This document shows positions 34,901-46,680 of a stretch of DNA of 47,861 nt, piece after piece (the first letter of the stretch is position 1; every line of letters starts with the position of its first letter). Source of the DNA: Squatina squatina. Lineage: Eukaryota. A program made the translations under genes and the position numbers. The notes under the pieces were generated by a model. It was not told where the DNA came from, did no database searches, and saw only the letters and a program-made list of their open reading frames with translations. The stretch spans positions 2,641,588-2,689,448 of the forward strand of contig JARFOE010000176.1 in the NCBI GenBank assembly GCA_031763465.1, written 5' to 3'.

Positions 34901-36044
34901 AAGGTTAGTGTGTGATTAATTTTGCATAGGACAGCTGTTCCTTTTCCTTTCACTTNNNNNNNNNNNNNNNNNNNNNNNNNNNNNNNNNNNNNNNNNNNNN
35001 NNNNNNNNNNNNNNNNNNNNNNNNNNNNNNNNNNNNNNNNNNNNNNNNNNNNNNNGAATAATGTAGGATTTAACAGTAAACCTGCATTGCGGAGCTTTGC
35101 TAGATTTAGCTTTCAAGGGCAGGGAAAGATTGTTCAGGGAGGTTAAACAAATTTGTAATCCATGACAGTACATGGTCTGTGGAAAGAATTGGCTTGATGG
35201 GCTTCATGGTCTTTTCTTCCAATTAGATATTCCCATCCATGTCTTATACAATCCCAATAGAAGAATAAATCTTATCTAATGATTTCCATTTTTTCAGATT
35301 CCACTGTGACGAAATCCATTTGCTGCTTCCTGAGACAGGAAAATGCACACTGAATCCTAATGATGTTCTCAGCTAGGTTAAAAATTCCCTGGACTGAAAG
35401 TTTAATTTTGAAATCCCTTCTGTGCCAGCCCATGTAGAAACAATTCACAACTCAATATTTCATGTTTATCATCTCTTTCATGTTTCTTACCCATAACTTA
35501 CTCCATCCTCTGCTCTTTCTATAGCCTGATTTTGTTGCGGATTCACTATTATAGTTTCTGTTTCTTTAATTGTTTCTCCTATTTTATATTTTTTCCAATT
35601 GCATTGTTTACTCAACCATTTCGTAACCTCTCAAAAATTACACTGAATTACAGGAACAAAATTTACACGACAAACTGGTCTCGGCTCAACCAAAACTAGT
35701 CAGTATATTAAACCAACATGATTTACATGACTTACAATCACCCATGCGGCTGGTCGTTACCGATGCTGATCGTAGGCCTGGGCCTGGAAATGACCGGTTT
35801 CTGTCCTTCTTCCCTTGGCTGCAGCCTCATAGTGCAAAACCCTTAGTGATTTGCCTGGAACTTACAATCACTCCTGCGTCTGGTCATTACCAATGTTGAT
35901 TGTAGGCCTGAATCTGGAGGTGACTGGTCTCTGTCTGTCTTCTCNNNNNNNNNNNNNNNNNNNNNNNNNNNNNNNNNNNNNNNNNNNNNNNNNNNNNNNN
36001 NNNNNNNNNNNNNNNNNNNNNNNNNNNNNNNNNNNNNNNNNNNN

Positions 36045-36150
36045 TTAACTCTGTTTCTCTCTCCACAGATGCTGCCTGACCTGCTGAGTATTTCCAGCAT
36101 TTTTTGTTTTTATTTAAGATTTCCAGCATCTGCAGTATTTTGCTTTTGTA
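36045..36150 (+). mobile_element. Penelope-like element terminal (pLTR) fragment
   Basis: TTAACTCTGTTTCTCTCTCCACAGATGCTGCCTGACCTGCTGAG...GCAGTATTTTGCTTTT is the reverse complement of the 2620-2710 type sequence. Confidence 0.8.
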
Positions 36151-37070
36151 CCATGTTTGTAGCTGGTTAAGTCATTTTAGAAGAGCTTCACTTTTTGCAA
36201 TTTGCATATGAAATTAATTTGATTTTTAAGTAGACCTGCGAGATAATTTTACTCTGTTAATATCATATTCATTCCTCGGTATCTAATGCAATTACCTTTA
36301 ATAAATTTGAATGTTATTTAATACATTTTAATGTTTTTAACTTACATGGTAGTCAGTTTGATTGATGCATGTAACAAAGCGAGAAGGATAGAGAATCCAT
36401 TGTTACACCTTGTCAGGAACAATTATGCGGATAAAGGCAACTGTTTAAAATTCAGTGAAAGCCTTCTGTTAACTTCGTATCAAAAAAGACCAAGGCAGTA
36501 GAGGTTCTAAAAGTGCCTGCTCTGAACAGAAGGTCATGGTTTGGAATCTCTGGCTGACTGATCACAAAAGCCTAGTGATGGGTTGCTGATTCGGCGGGTT
36601 TGGGGTTGTCTCTCACATAATTTCACTCAAGGACATCACTGCCCTTAATGTGAACTCAGGATGCTGTTATACAAAGTGTCATCATGAAGAAATGGGAATT
36701 AAGGCAGGATGTTTGAACAAGGGTAACATAAGGCAGTATAATTTTAGGTTTTCTTAAAATTCTGTCAAGAGGGGGATAATGCATTTCCCAAATCTACTTA
36801 CACCACTTCTATCAAACTTATCCCACTTCACAGAATTTCAGGAACTGTACACAAAAACCTACCACCCCAATTCAAGAACAACCAGAATGGAATTGTTCAC
36901 TGTTGACACGATTCACTATTTGACAGGGAGCTGCTGCATAGGTTATTATCATAGCTGCTGTTCTGCAAGGCAGTGGTGTTATAAAGAGTGCTCTTTTACA
37001 CAATGTTTTGCACAGGTAGTTTTGATGGACCATGTGAAGATTTTGTATGACATGTTGTTATGTAAGATAA

Positions 37071-37587
37071 TGGGCCAGAATTTTTTGGCAAACTAACAGC
37101 GAGTTTAATGGCCCAAAAATTCCGGTCGGAGGCTTCCTGCATGCGGAGGCCCTCGACTGGAAAGATTTCTACGCAGGTACCTGGTGGTCTGGGGGCTGTG
37201 AAAACATCTGTTCCTGGGCCTCCACAGGGTCGTAGGTGGAGCGGATCAGGGATCTCTCCAACGTAGGCAGCTGGAAGCAGCTCGGCAGTCAAGGCCTGAA
37301 TAATATGAGAATTGGTATTGGTTGAAGCGGCTGAGCTGGCTCATAGGTAGGCCCTGGGGAGTGAGGGGCGAAGTCCCAGGGAGTATGGAGTGAGTGAGAC
37401 CCTGGGGCATGAGGGTGAGGGGGGAAATGAGGGAGGGGGGAGGACTTGGGAAGTGAGGGTGAAGACCCGGGGTGTGAGGATGAGTGAGTGAGGATGAGGG
37501 GCGTGAGGAAGAGGAGTCCCGGGGGGGAATGAGGGTGAGGGGAGTGAAGGGTGAGGGTGAGACCCTGGGGGGAAAAGAGTGAGGGGT
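37071..37587. repeat. GC-rich interspersed repeat with a G-rich (GAGGGTGAGG-like) low-complexity tract
   Basis: Starts GGGCCAGAATTT; G-run-rich tract at 37350-37587. Confidence 0.5.
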
Positions 37588-38289
37588 GAGGCCCCGGGAG
37601 TGAGGATNNNNNNNNNNNNNNNNNNNNNNNNNNNNNNNNNNNNNNNNNNNNNNNNNNNNNNNNNNNNNNNNNNNNNNNNNNNNNNNNNNNNNNNNNNNNN
37701 NNNNNNNACCCATTAACCCAAGCGCTTAACTTGTCAAGCTCTCTTGCTAAGATCTTGGCAGCATCGTCTGAAGCCACATATGTAACTACCTTGAACCAAG
37801 ACTGAAGTCAGGTAAGTTATATATAATGAGTACGGAATCCTGGCGTACCACATGTCAACAGCCCAATTCATGAGGCCTGTGTTCTCTTACAACTTCTCAC
37901 TACTTTGCTTTCTTTATCTAGTTACTCATCCATGCTCAAGCCTTCACCTTGTCACCCATTGAGACTAATTTGTAAAGAAGTCCTTCAAAGGTGTTTTAGA
38001 ATCAAGGGTGGCGGGGGGAGGGTGTAAGGCGGGGGAAGGAAAGAGCGAAATTCAAATTCAGTGAGGCTGATCGGTCGCCAGTTGTACACCCCGCCTGATT
38101 TTATTTCCATTGACGTAATGGAAGGGAAAATCAGGCAGTGTGTGTCATGGGTGCGATGTGCTACCAGCCATTTTAGGCCCTGTCAAGTGTGAATTATACT
38201 CCTAGGCGCTTGTGTGTTTCCTTGATCAATTTCGCCACCTTGTAACCTTTGACACAGTTGATCAAACGATCCTCCTCCAATGCCTCTCC

Positions 38290-39053
38290 TCCATGTCCTA
38301 TCTAGTGATACTGTACTTCCTCTCTTAGTGATCCAGAGTGCCTCAGCAAATGGCTTCCCACTCCTGCACATTCACCTCTGGAGTCCACCAATGATCCATC
38401 TTTGGCCCCCTCCTCTTCCTTATCTTCAAGCTGCCCCTTGGCGACATTATACACAGACATGTGCTCAGCTTCTACGTGTATACTGAATACAACATCCAGT
38501 TTTACCTCTCCACCACCTCTCTCAACTCCTTCACTGCTTCTGTGCTCTCAGATTGCTTGTCTGATGTTCAATCCTGGATGAGCCATAACTTCCTCCAACC
38601 AAACATTGGGAAGCAATTGTCTTCAGACTTCCGCCACAAATGCTTCAACTCACCACCAACTCGATCCCGCTCCCTAACCACTGGCTCAAGCTGAACCAAA
38701 CTGTTGNNNNNNNNNNACTGTTGGTGACTTTAGCATCCTGCTCAACCCTCAGCTGAGCTTCCTCTCTTGTATCCTGTCCATCAGAAAGACCGCATTCGTA
38801 ATATTACATGCAGCCATCTCAATTTCAGCCCATCTGCTGCTGAAACTGTCATCCATGCTTTTGTCAACTCCAAACTTTATTACTCCAAAGGTCTCTCGGC
38901 TAACCTCCATTCATCCACCTTCCATAAATTCAGCTTATCCAAAACTCTGTTGACCACATCCTAAGCCGCACCAGGTCTCGGTCATCAATCACACCCATTC
39001 TCGCTAATATGTTTGGCGTCTGGTCCCCTAATGCTCCAGATTTTAAAAATCTC
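38290..39053 (+). mobile_element. L2 LINE RT to 3' fragment, degenerate
   Basis: LPLGDII, LSDCLSDVQSWMSHNFLQPNIGK, AETVIHAFVNSKLYYS and SSITPILA motifs. Confidence 0.85.
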
Positions 39054-39286
39054 NNNNNNNNNNNNNNNNNNNNNNNNNNNNNNNNNNNNNNNNNNNNNNN
39101 NNNNNNNNNNNNNNNNNNNNNNNNNNNNNNNNNNNNNNNNNNNNNNNNNNNNNACAGACTAGAAGGTCTCAGGTTTTGATCCCAACTGTACTGAAGGAAC
39201 TGAATGTAGTAACGGCTCATTACAGTATTGATATTTATTGCACAGCGATCGGATAAACAGTAAGTCACAAAATACAGGTACAGACA

Positions 39287-39598
39287 CAAAAGCAAAGTAC
39301 TGTGGATGCTGAAAATCTGAAATGAAAACAGAAAATGCTGGAAACACTCGGCAGGACAGGCGGCATCTGTGGAGAGAGAAGCAGAGTCGACGNNNNNNNN
39401 NNTAGGGTGGAAGGCAGGAGTAATTAAGAGACAAAAGGGATGGTGGGAGGCAAAAGTAGATAGTAATGGGACAAGTAAAGAAATAAAAGATGGATCTAGA
39501 GGAATAGCAGAGTCATTACCAACAGCTGCAGTCTGAAAGAATGGAAGCAGTGGTTATGATCTGAAACTGTTGAACTCAATGTTGAGTTCAGAAGGCTG
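39287..39598 (-). mobile_element. Penelope-like element 3' end and pLTR
   Basis: Colinear with 2620-3055; minus-strand QPSELNIEFNSFRS. Confidence 0.85.
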
Positions 39599-40348
39599 CT
39601 TTTTGAACCAGTATATTAATTATTGGCTTGTGCTGCTCCACCTTTGGAATCCTTGCGAGTTAAGCACATACTATCTTCTGTACACACATAATCATTGAAC
39701 AGATTGGAGACCTGCTTTATTAGTTCTCAGCCTGTTTGTAATGCAGGATATTTAAGTTATTTTCAAGCCCTGCTCTTCATAGGCCAAGATGGAATATAGG
39801 ATTATGGTTGAGTAATCACAAACAGGTGGAGAACAGATGCTTAGCCAATCAGCTCTACAAATCAGAGCAAGCAAACATGCACAACTGGAATTAAAAATGA
39901 GCAGACTTATTGAATTGTTAATGTTACCAGCATGGCTAATTTAGCAACTCAATCTGAGGAAATATGTTCTGCAGCTGGGAAATGATATTCATTTTCTTCC
40001 AATCCATGTACCGGAGAGACCCACCTCATGTCACCTTGTTATTCGTGAAAGATGATGTTTGTAGTCAGTCTGACTAATGCTGCTCAACAAGATCCCCTTG
40101 TTTGTGAAGAGAGTTTGGAAGTGTATTCTGTCTGAACTAATGGATTTAGCAACAGTAAATGGGCCTAGGGAAAAGCAGGAGGACAGACTCTGGCAATATT
40201 TTCAACTTCATTGGGTTTAATGTAAAGTGATAACATCAATCTGAGGCCTATTATTACAATTGAAAGTGTTGTCTGGCAGCCAAAGTAGTTGAGAACTTGA
40301 TTGTGAAAGCAGGAAGTTGTATGTTAATAGCCTAAGGCTATTCTCTGG

Positions 40349-42352
40349 AGGCAAAATTTGGAGCTGTATGGCCCGTTTTTTGGGCGCTGCGCATGCCCTT
40401 CGACGTCCAAAATGGCATACGCAACGTGCGGGCACATTTCTGGTGCGAGTCGTGCCAGATGCCATATTGGTGAAAGCACAGCATGTGCGCAGTGAGCATC
40501 TGCCAGAAGAATGCAGAATAGGCAGATCATGATGTCAATCAGCATGTAACGCTGATTTGATGGTAGCACTGCCATTTTGGAGCTCAATGCTCCAGCCAAT
40601 ACCATCTCTTAACCTCGCATGGCTGAACACACGTTAAACAGCAGGGAGGACCCACCACCAGCGCTATTTAAAGGGATCATCAACTACTGGTTAGTTGCTG
40701 GTTGAAATCAGGTGACGGTGTGTCTTCATCATTACTCTCTTCTTGGTGTTCCTCCATTACCTGGCCAGGCTGCAGTTTCTGTGTATCTGAAAGGTAAAAG
40801 GCACAAAAGTGAGGTTGTGGTGAGAGGATGGTGGGGAATGTAAGATGTGCATGCTTACAATTCTACAAGCGTTTGGTGCTTTCCATAGTTGCAAAAGTCT
40901 ACAGGGAGGAGCTGAAGGACTTTTTCCTGACTTCAAGGTTTCTGCACAAACCAGTTGCTCCCAGACGTGGGTACCCTAGTAGTGCCCTGTATCCCCCTTG
41001 GAATACAGCATGACTGGGAGAATGAGCAGAGGCCACACAGAGCAGGACAAGCTGCTGGAAGAGGGAGGAGGAGGAAAGGGAGAAGGCCTTTCAACAGGAG
41101 GCCATATACGGCCAGGGTGTTCAGGGAGCAACTTTCCTACCTGAACCTCAGTGACGAACAAAATGTGAGATGTCTGCACTTTAGTAAGGACGTCCTCACT
41201 GAAATATGTGAACTGCTGCAATCACAAAGCAGGGCAAGGACTGCATTGCCAGTGACTGTGAAGGTCACTGTGGTAATGAGCTTTTATATATCTGGCATCC
41301 ACTGTTACAGAAGGGAGGTCACTGAGGTTCTCTATTCAAAGAGAGTTAATTACACTTAACTCTGTCTTGCTTGAGGCAAACAGGCGGAGTGAGCATGAGG
41401 CTTTACTAGGATTGCAGGCTTCCCCATGGTGCAGGATGCATGCACATCGCTTTGCATGCGCTGCATGTCAACTCAGCCACGTGTTGGAACCAAAAAGGAT
41501 TCCACTCCTTCAAACATAGGCAGCACATCAGGCAGGTCAATGCCCTGTATCCTGGCTGCAGTCATGATGCCTTCATTCTGTGGCAGTCCGCTGTGCCAGC
41601 TGCATTTTAGCCACCATGGCCAAACAAAGGGTGGCTACTGGGTGACAAGGGCTATCCACTGATGCCATGGCTCATGACTGCGGTTCAGAACCATGTACAC
41701 ATGCGCAGTATTCATACAATGAAAGCAATGCCGCCACAAGAGATGTGATAGAACAGACCATTGAAACAACACGATTCCGATGCTGAACCGCGCTGCAGTA
41801 CTCAGCTGAGTGGGTCTCAAGATTCGGTGTGGTCTGCTGCATGCTGCACAACCTCGCCATCATGAGTGCATAGCCTTTGCCACAAGCCATACTGCGAGCA
41901 GCTGAGGAGAAGGCGCATGAGGAGGAGGAGGAGGAGGAAGGGAGGCGCCAACCTAGTCAGCCCTTTTCTGCCAGGGCTGTCCGTGAACAACTCATTTGAA
42001 AGTGATACCAATAACTGCAAACCCGAATTCCCCATTCACCAACACTCTCCCTCTATTACTGGCGCGCAGTGTTAGTATCTGATGTGCTGGCTGCGAGTGT
42101 GAAATCAGGTGACGGTGTGTCTCCATCATTACTCTCTTCTTGGTGTTCTTCCATTACCTGGCCAGGCTGCAGTTTCTGTGTATCTGAAAGGTAAAAGGCA
42201 CAAAAGTGAGGTTGTGGTGAGGGGATGGTGGGGAATGTAAGATGTGTATGTTTACACCATCTGCAGCTTATACGTTGGATGAGATTGTGGGATGAGGAGG
42301 AAGTGGGATGTGAGAAGGAGGATTAGGTATGAGAATACCATCATCTTGAATG
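40349..42352 (+). mobile_element. PIF/Harbinger DNA transposon relic: HARBI1-like DDE transposase pseudogene (about 40940-42010, +) plus a putative convergent accessory-gene exon (about 42060-42183, -)
   Basis: RVFREQLSYLNLSDEQ...F....LTEICELL, ALPVTVKV...FY.SG, IAGFP, NQKGFHS, YPGCSHDAFIL, WLLGDKGYPLMPWLMT, IEQTI and CCMLHNLA, with frameshifts and stops. Confidence 0.9.
40703..40859. repeat. 157-bp direct repeat, copy 1 (copy 2 at 42100-42256)
   Basis: Manual comparison gives 5 mismatches and no indels. Confidence 0.95.
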
Positions 42353-42452
42353 NNNNNNNNNNNNNNNNNNNNNNNNNNNNNNNNNNNNNNNNNNNNNNNN
42401 NNNNNNNNNNNNNNNNNNNNNNNNNNNNNNNNNNNNNNNNNNNNNNNNNNNN

Positions 42453-42835
42453 GGAATGGAGAATAGGGGCTTGGGAGGAGAGCAGGAGACTCGGGAAGGG
42501 GATGTCAGGGAGAGAGGGAGACTGAGGAATAGGGTTCGGTTCGAGCGGGATATTGGGGAATGCGGTTCGGGGAGTAATGGAGACTGTGAATTTGGGCTCA
42601 ATCGGGATAGGGTGAGAATGGAGAATGGGGGCTTGGGAGGAGAGCGGGAGACTAGGGAAGGGAGTGTCGGGGAGAGATGGAGATTGGGGAATGGGGGCTC
42701 GGGGGAGAGAGTGAGACTGGCGGCTGTGGGCTCGGGTTGTGAGTGAGACTGGGAATGGAGGCTCAGATAGAGAGGGAGACTGGGAATGGGAGCTCTGGGA
42801 AGAGACGGAGGCTGGAGAATGGGAGTCAGGCTGAA
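42453..42835. repeat. Purine-rich degenerate tandem repeat (GGAATGG/GAGACT motifs; about 162-bp duplication)
   Basis: GAATGGAGAAT(A/G)GGGGCTTGGGAGGAGAGC at about 42454 and 42616. Confidence 0.7.
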
Positions 42836-45800
42836 CACGTGGGATCAGGTCTTTGGTAACCACATATTCTATGACACATATCAATTTCATTCTCCTAAGT
42901 ATCCACTTTTCTGTGCACCAGTAAGGTGAACCCCTCAGGTAGTTGTGTTCCAATCTATTACTCGCTTACTCACATCTCACTGTTCTTCATATCAACAACA
43001 CACATATATTCAGAGGCAGTTGGGCTGACATGTGGCCAGGTGTGATTGTACTGCAGTCTGAGGCTATGATTATTTTAGAGTCGGAGCTTGAAACTTGGGA
43101 AAGAAGCAAATGCAGGGATTGCGTTTGTTCCGAGCACAGCGGTGTAGAAAGTAACCAGTCGACCTCAGAAACAGCTTCCTCCAATGTTCATCTCTAAGGA
43201 TTTGCACAATTACTCAATTGGGGCAGTATGGAATATTTGTAGATATGTGTGCTTCTGGAACACATTTTAGTTCTGATTTAAAACTAATGTTTTTATGTAT
43301 AAAGAAGAAAAATCCATTATATACGTGTCATCCTACATTCACGGGGAATTGATGTGAAAAAAAAGGATGTTTTCAACCTGATTCAGTCAATGTTTTGATG
43401 CAGGGAAATTCATAACCATTTGATTCAATCAATTTTTAGCAATTACTCCAAAGTTTGTTGCCAGTCAGTCAATTTTNNNNNNNNNNNNNNNNNNNNNNNN
43501 NNNNNNNNNNNNNNNNNNNNNNNNNNNNNNNNNNNNNNNNNNNNNNNNNNNNNNNNNNNNNNNNNNNNNNNNNNNNTGGGGGAGAGTGGGAGGGGGAGAG
43601 AGGCAGGACTACGGGGCGGGGCGGGGCGGTGAGGGTGAGTATGGGTGGGAGAGGCGGGACTGCGGGACAGGGGGTCTGTCAAAGCTTCATCCACAAGCCT
43701 CTTAAAATTTATAACACCCTCCACTTGCGCTGGATCTCTGGGTTGGCTATTTTGCACATTTGCCATTGAACAGGGAAGGGGGTGGTGGCTAATAGTTGAT
43801 TTTTTTCATTGTTGCACTTTCATGCTAAAACTGTTTTGTGGAATAGCAATGATTTCATATATTACAATGTTTAGTACCGTGGGCAGTTCAAATGCAATCC
43901 ATATATGACAGGATATGAGCAGCAGATTATCATAGGTTTGCGGGGTGATCTTGAGGCTAATTGCTAATCACTAATGCCTATCCGCCTTCCAAACTGCAGT
44001 ATGACCCTTTCCTCCTCCTTTTCCAGGCAATCAAATCATGTTTGAGGGCAGCAGGGTATGTTACAGTTCAAACAAATAAACCTTACCAGTGAGCATTTCC
44101 TTTCAATGTGGTGAAAATGATGCCATGGGCAAAAAACAATTCATGTGCTAAGTAGCCTTACAGTGAGGACTCGGAGTCACTCTATGCACACAATTGTGTC
44201 ATTACTAACTGACTTGATTTTGGTGGTGAATTCTATTCTTTATGGGTTTTTCATTTGAATGATCCCTGGTGGTTCGCGCAGTTACAATAAATAGCAATTA
44301 CCTGATTTCCCTTTTCCAGAACCATTGCACTGCCCAAGATGTCTCCATATCCCTCAAGCAATCTTGTCATCCAAACCAATTTGATGTCTTGGATGCAGTA
44401 TAATTAGTATACTGCATTATAGAAGATCTGCTCTACATTTACTTCACTCTTTTGAATGCCTCTCAGATACAGATGTTCAGAGATGATACTTGCCCAGAGT
44501 AATGAATAAAAATGTACACCAGTGCGTGCCATTCAGACTGATCAATATCCCAAATGTAGTTGGACAGACCCATTCGTTTCAGCAGCAGGACTTTGTATTA
44601 TTTACTTGAGCTCACCTGTTTTTTCATGCGTATCTTATTCTGGTTGTGGAAATATTTGAATGGCAATGAATAAACTAAAGCTCTGTTATTCAGGAGGTGG
44701 GTGGGACGGAATGGGAAATTTCAAAGACCCTCAACCTGCAAAAATAANNNNNNNNNNNNNNNNNNNNNNNNNNNNNNNNNNNNNNNNNNNNNNNNNNNNN
44801 NNNNNNNNNNNNNNNNNNNNNNNNNNNNNNNNNNNNNNNNNNNNNNNCAGAAGACTTTTGAGACCAACACTTGGTGTCACTTAGCCATTACTTTTTGACT
44901 CTCCGTCTCTACTCTTTCCAACCTTGGCGGTGCTCTGCAGAGAAGTCTTTTTCCCATCACCGGGAAAAATCTATTTTTCTGCTGGAGTGTGATGTCCAGC
45001 CAATTTTTCCCCCCTAATCAAGCGGCAGTGAGGTCCACTAAAGCCTCTGCTGCATGCAGCCGCGGTTCAGAATTTAGTACCTTCCCCGAGGTCCGCTCCT
45101 CACTAACTGAGAGCTTTGGGGGAAATCTCTATTGTTTTTTGTTGATCGGTAATCTATTGAAATTACACCAAGCAACGCAGGCTTGAGTAAGAGTCGCAGT
45201 GGCAGGGCCTTGGAGTTTGTGTTGTGTGTTTGACAGGATCATTGACAACAATTTACTCCTGAATTGATGTCTTTGGCGAACTGTGTTGGAACTGCTTAAC
45301 AAATGAAAAGGAAGTTGTCTAGTTTACTAAAACTCAGCAAGGGTGCAAAAGTGCCTTTAACGGGAAGTCAATTGTATAGATTGTGTAGGGCATTGATCGT
45401 CTTTTCAGCTGAAACAAGTGGGGGATGGGGGACTTTAATCGAATAGAATAGGATAAATACAAGCTTTATACATTGCATTATTGAAGCAAAAAATCAATAC
45501 ACTGTTGTCACCATATTTNNNNNNNNNNNNNNNNNNNNNNNNNNNNNNNNNNNNNNNNNNNNNNNNNNNNNNNNNNNNNNNNNNNNNNNNNNNNNNNNNN
45601 NNNNNNNNNNNNNNNNNNTCAGCACGATAAAAAAAAGTGATTAAATGGGCTGTTTGAACTTGTTGTAATTGGGTTGTTTTTTTATTGTTTATCTGAATGA
45701 AAGGCTACAATTAAGATTGGTGAATTATTCATGGTGTCTATTAGTTGAACATTGCATATAATTTAATTGGAAGAAAATGTAAATGGATTTTTAACTATGC

Positions 45801-46079
45801 AGCCATCTGTCCTACACAGACATTTATTTTTGTCTTTCACCCATTATTAGCATTTATGCTGGACATATTGCTCAGCTGAAACATTGCAAAGTTTTGTTGA
45901 TATAGAGGTGATATAATCATCTTTTATTTGTAATCAGCATAAGTGTTTAGGAAAATTAAAGAAGGGGCTTGCAGATGTAGGTCATCGCTCTAACATTAAC
46001 CCCGCTCCTGCCATTTCTGCCCCTTTGGCTTTTAACTATTTGTGCACGCTGAGCACCAGGTTACTTCTTTCCATTTGAA

Positions 46080-46285
46080 CCATGGCACTATTTTGAAGAA
46101 GAGCATGGAAGTTTCCTGGCCAAAATTTATCCCTCAACCAACATCAATAGAAAACAGATTATCTGGTCAATATCATATTGCTGTTTGTGGGAACTTGCTG
46201 TGCGCAAATTGGCTGCACATTTTCCTACATTACAAGAGTGACTACATTTCAAAAGTACTTCATTGGCTGTCAAGTGCTTTGGGAC
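46080..46285 (+). mobile_element. Deu SINE 3' half
   Basis: CCATGGCACTATTTTGAAGAAGAGCA...GCTGTGCGCAAATTGGCTG...AAGTACTTCATTGGCTGT. Confidence 0.85.
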
Positions 46286-46385
46286 NNNNNNNNNNNNNNN
46301 NNNNNNNNNNNNNNNNNNNNNNNNNNNNNNNNNNNNNNNNNNNNNNNNNNNNNNNNNNNNNNNNNNNNNNNNNNNNNNNNNNNNN

Positions 46386-46510
46386 CACGGCAGAATTACA
46401 TGAGCGCAGGCATCTCGGGGGTTGTGGGGCTTGAGGAAATTACAAAAATGGGGAGGGGCGAGGCCATGGAGGGATTTGAAGACAAGGATGAGAATTTTGA
46501 AATCGAGGCG
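46386..46510 (-). mobile_element. L2 3' fragment
   Basis: Similar to 27905-28020. Confidence 0.7.
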
Positions 46511-46519
46511 CTGCTTTCT

Positions 46520-46680
46520 GTAGCTTCACAGACATTGAAATCAAGACTCACTGTACTGTCGTTCACCCTTCCCAGGACCTCCAGAGTGTGGGACTGCCTA
46601 CCGCCCTCAGTAGTTTTTATCCCCTCCATCTGTAATCTTTAAGCTTTTAAAGCCAGAGTTTGCCATCATCTAATCACAAC
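46520..46680 (+). mobile_element. LINE 3'-end fragment (CR1-like)
   Basis: PRTSRVWDCLPPSVVF...AFKARV resembles the PRT..LWN.LP C-terminal motif. Confidence 0.5.

Noticed and set aside
37708-37816. Possible ASTN1 exon (INPSA followed later by CAG|GTAAGT)
   Set aside because: A stop codon follows INPSA directly and all plus frames are interrupted.
40955-42010. Functional host HARBI1 gene
   Set aside because: Multiple frameshifts, stops and deletions.
40703-42256. LTR retrotransposon (the repeat begins TG and ends CA)
   Set aside because: The interior is a Harbinger DDE transposase, with no gag/pol, PBS or TSD evident. The TG/CA ends are probably coincidental.
42252-42953. Pro/Ser-rich 233-aa and 165-aa ORFs
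   Set aside because: Products of a purine-rich low-complexity repeat plus a gap.
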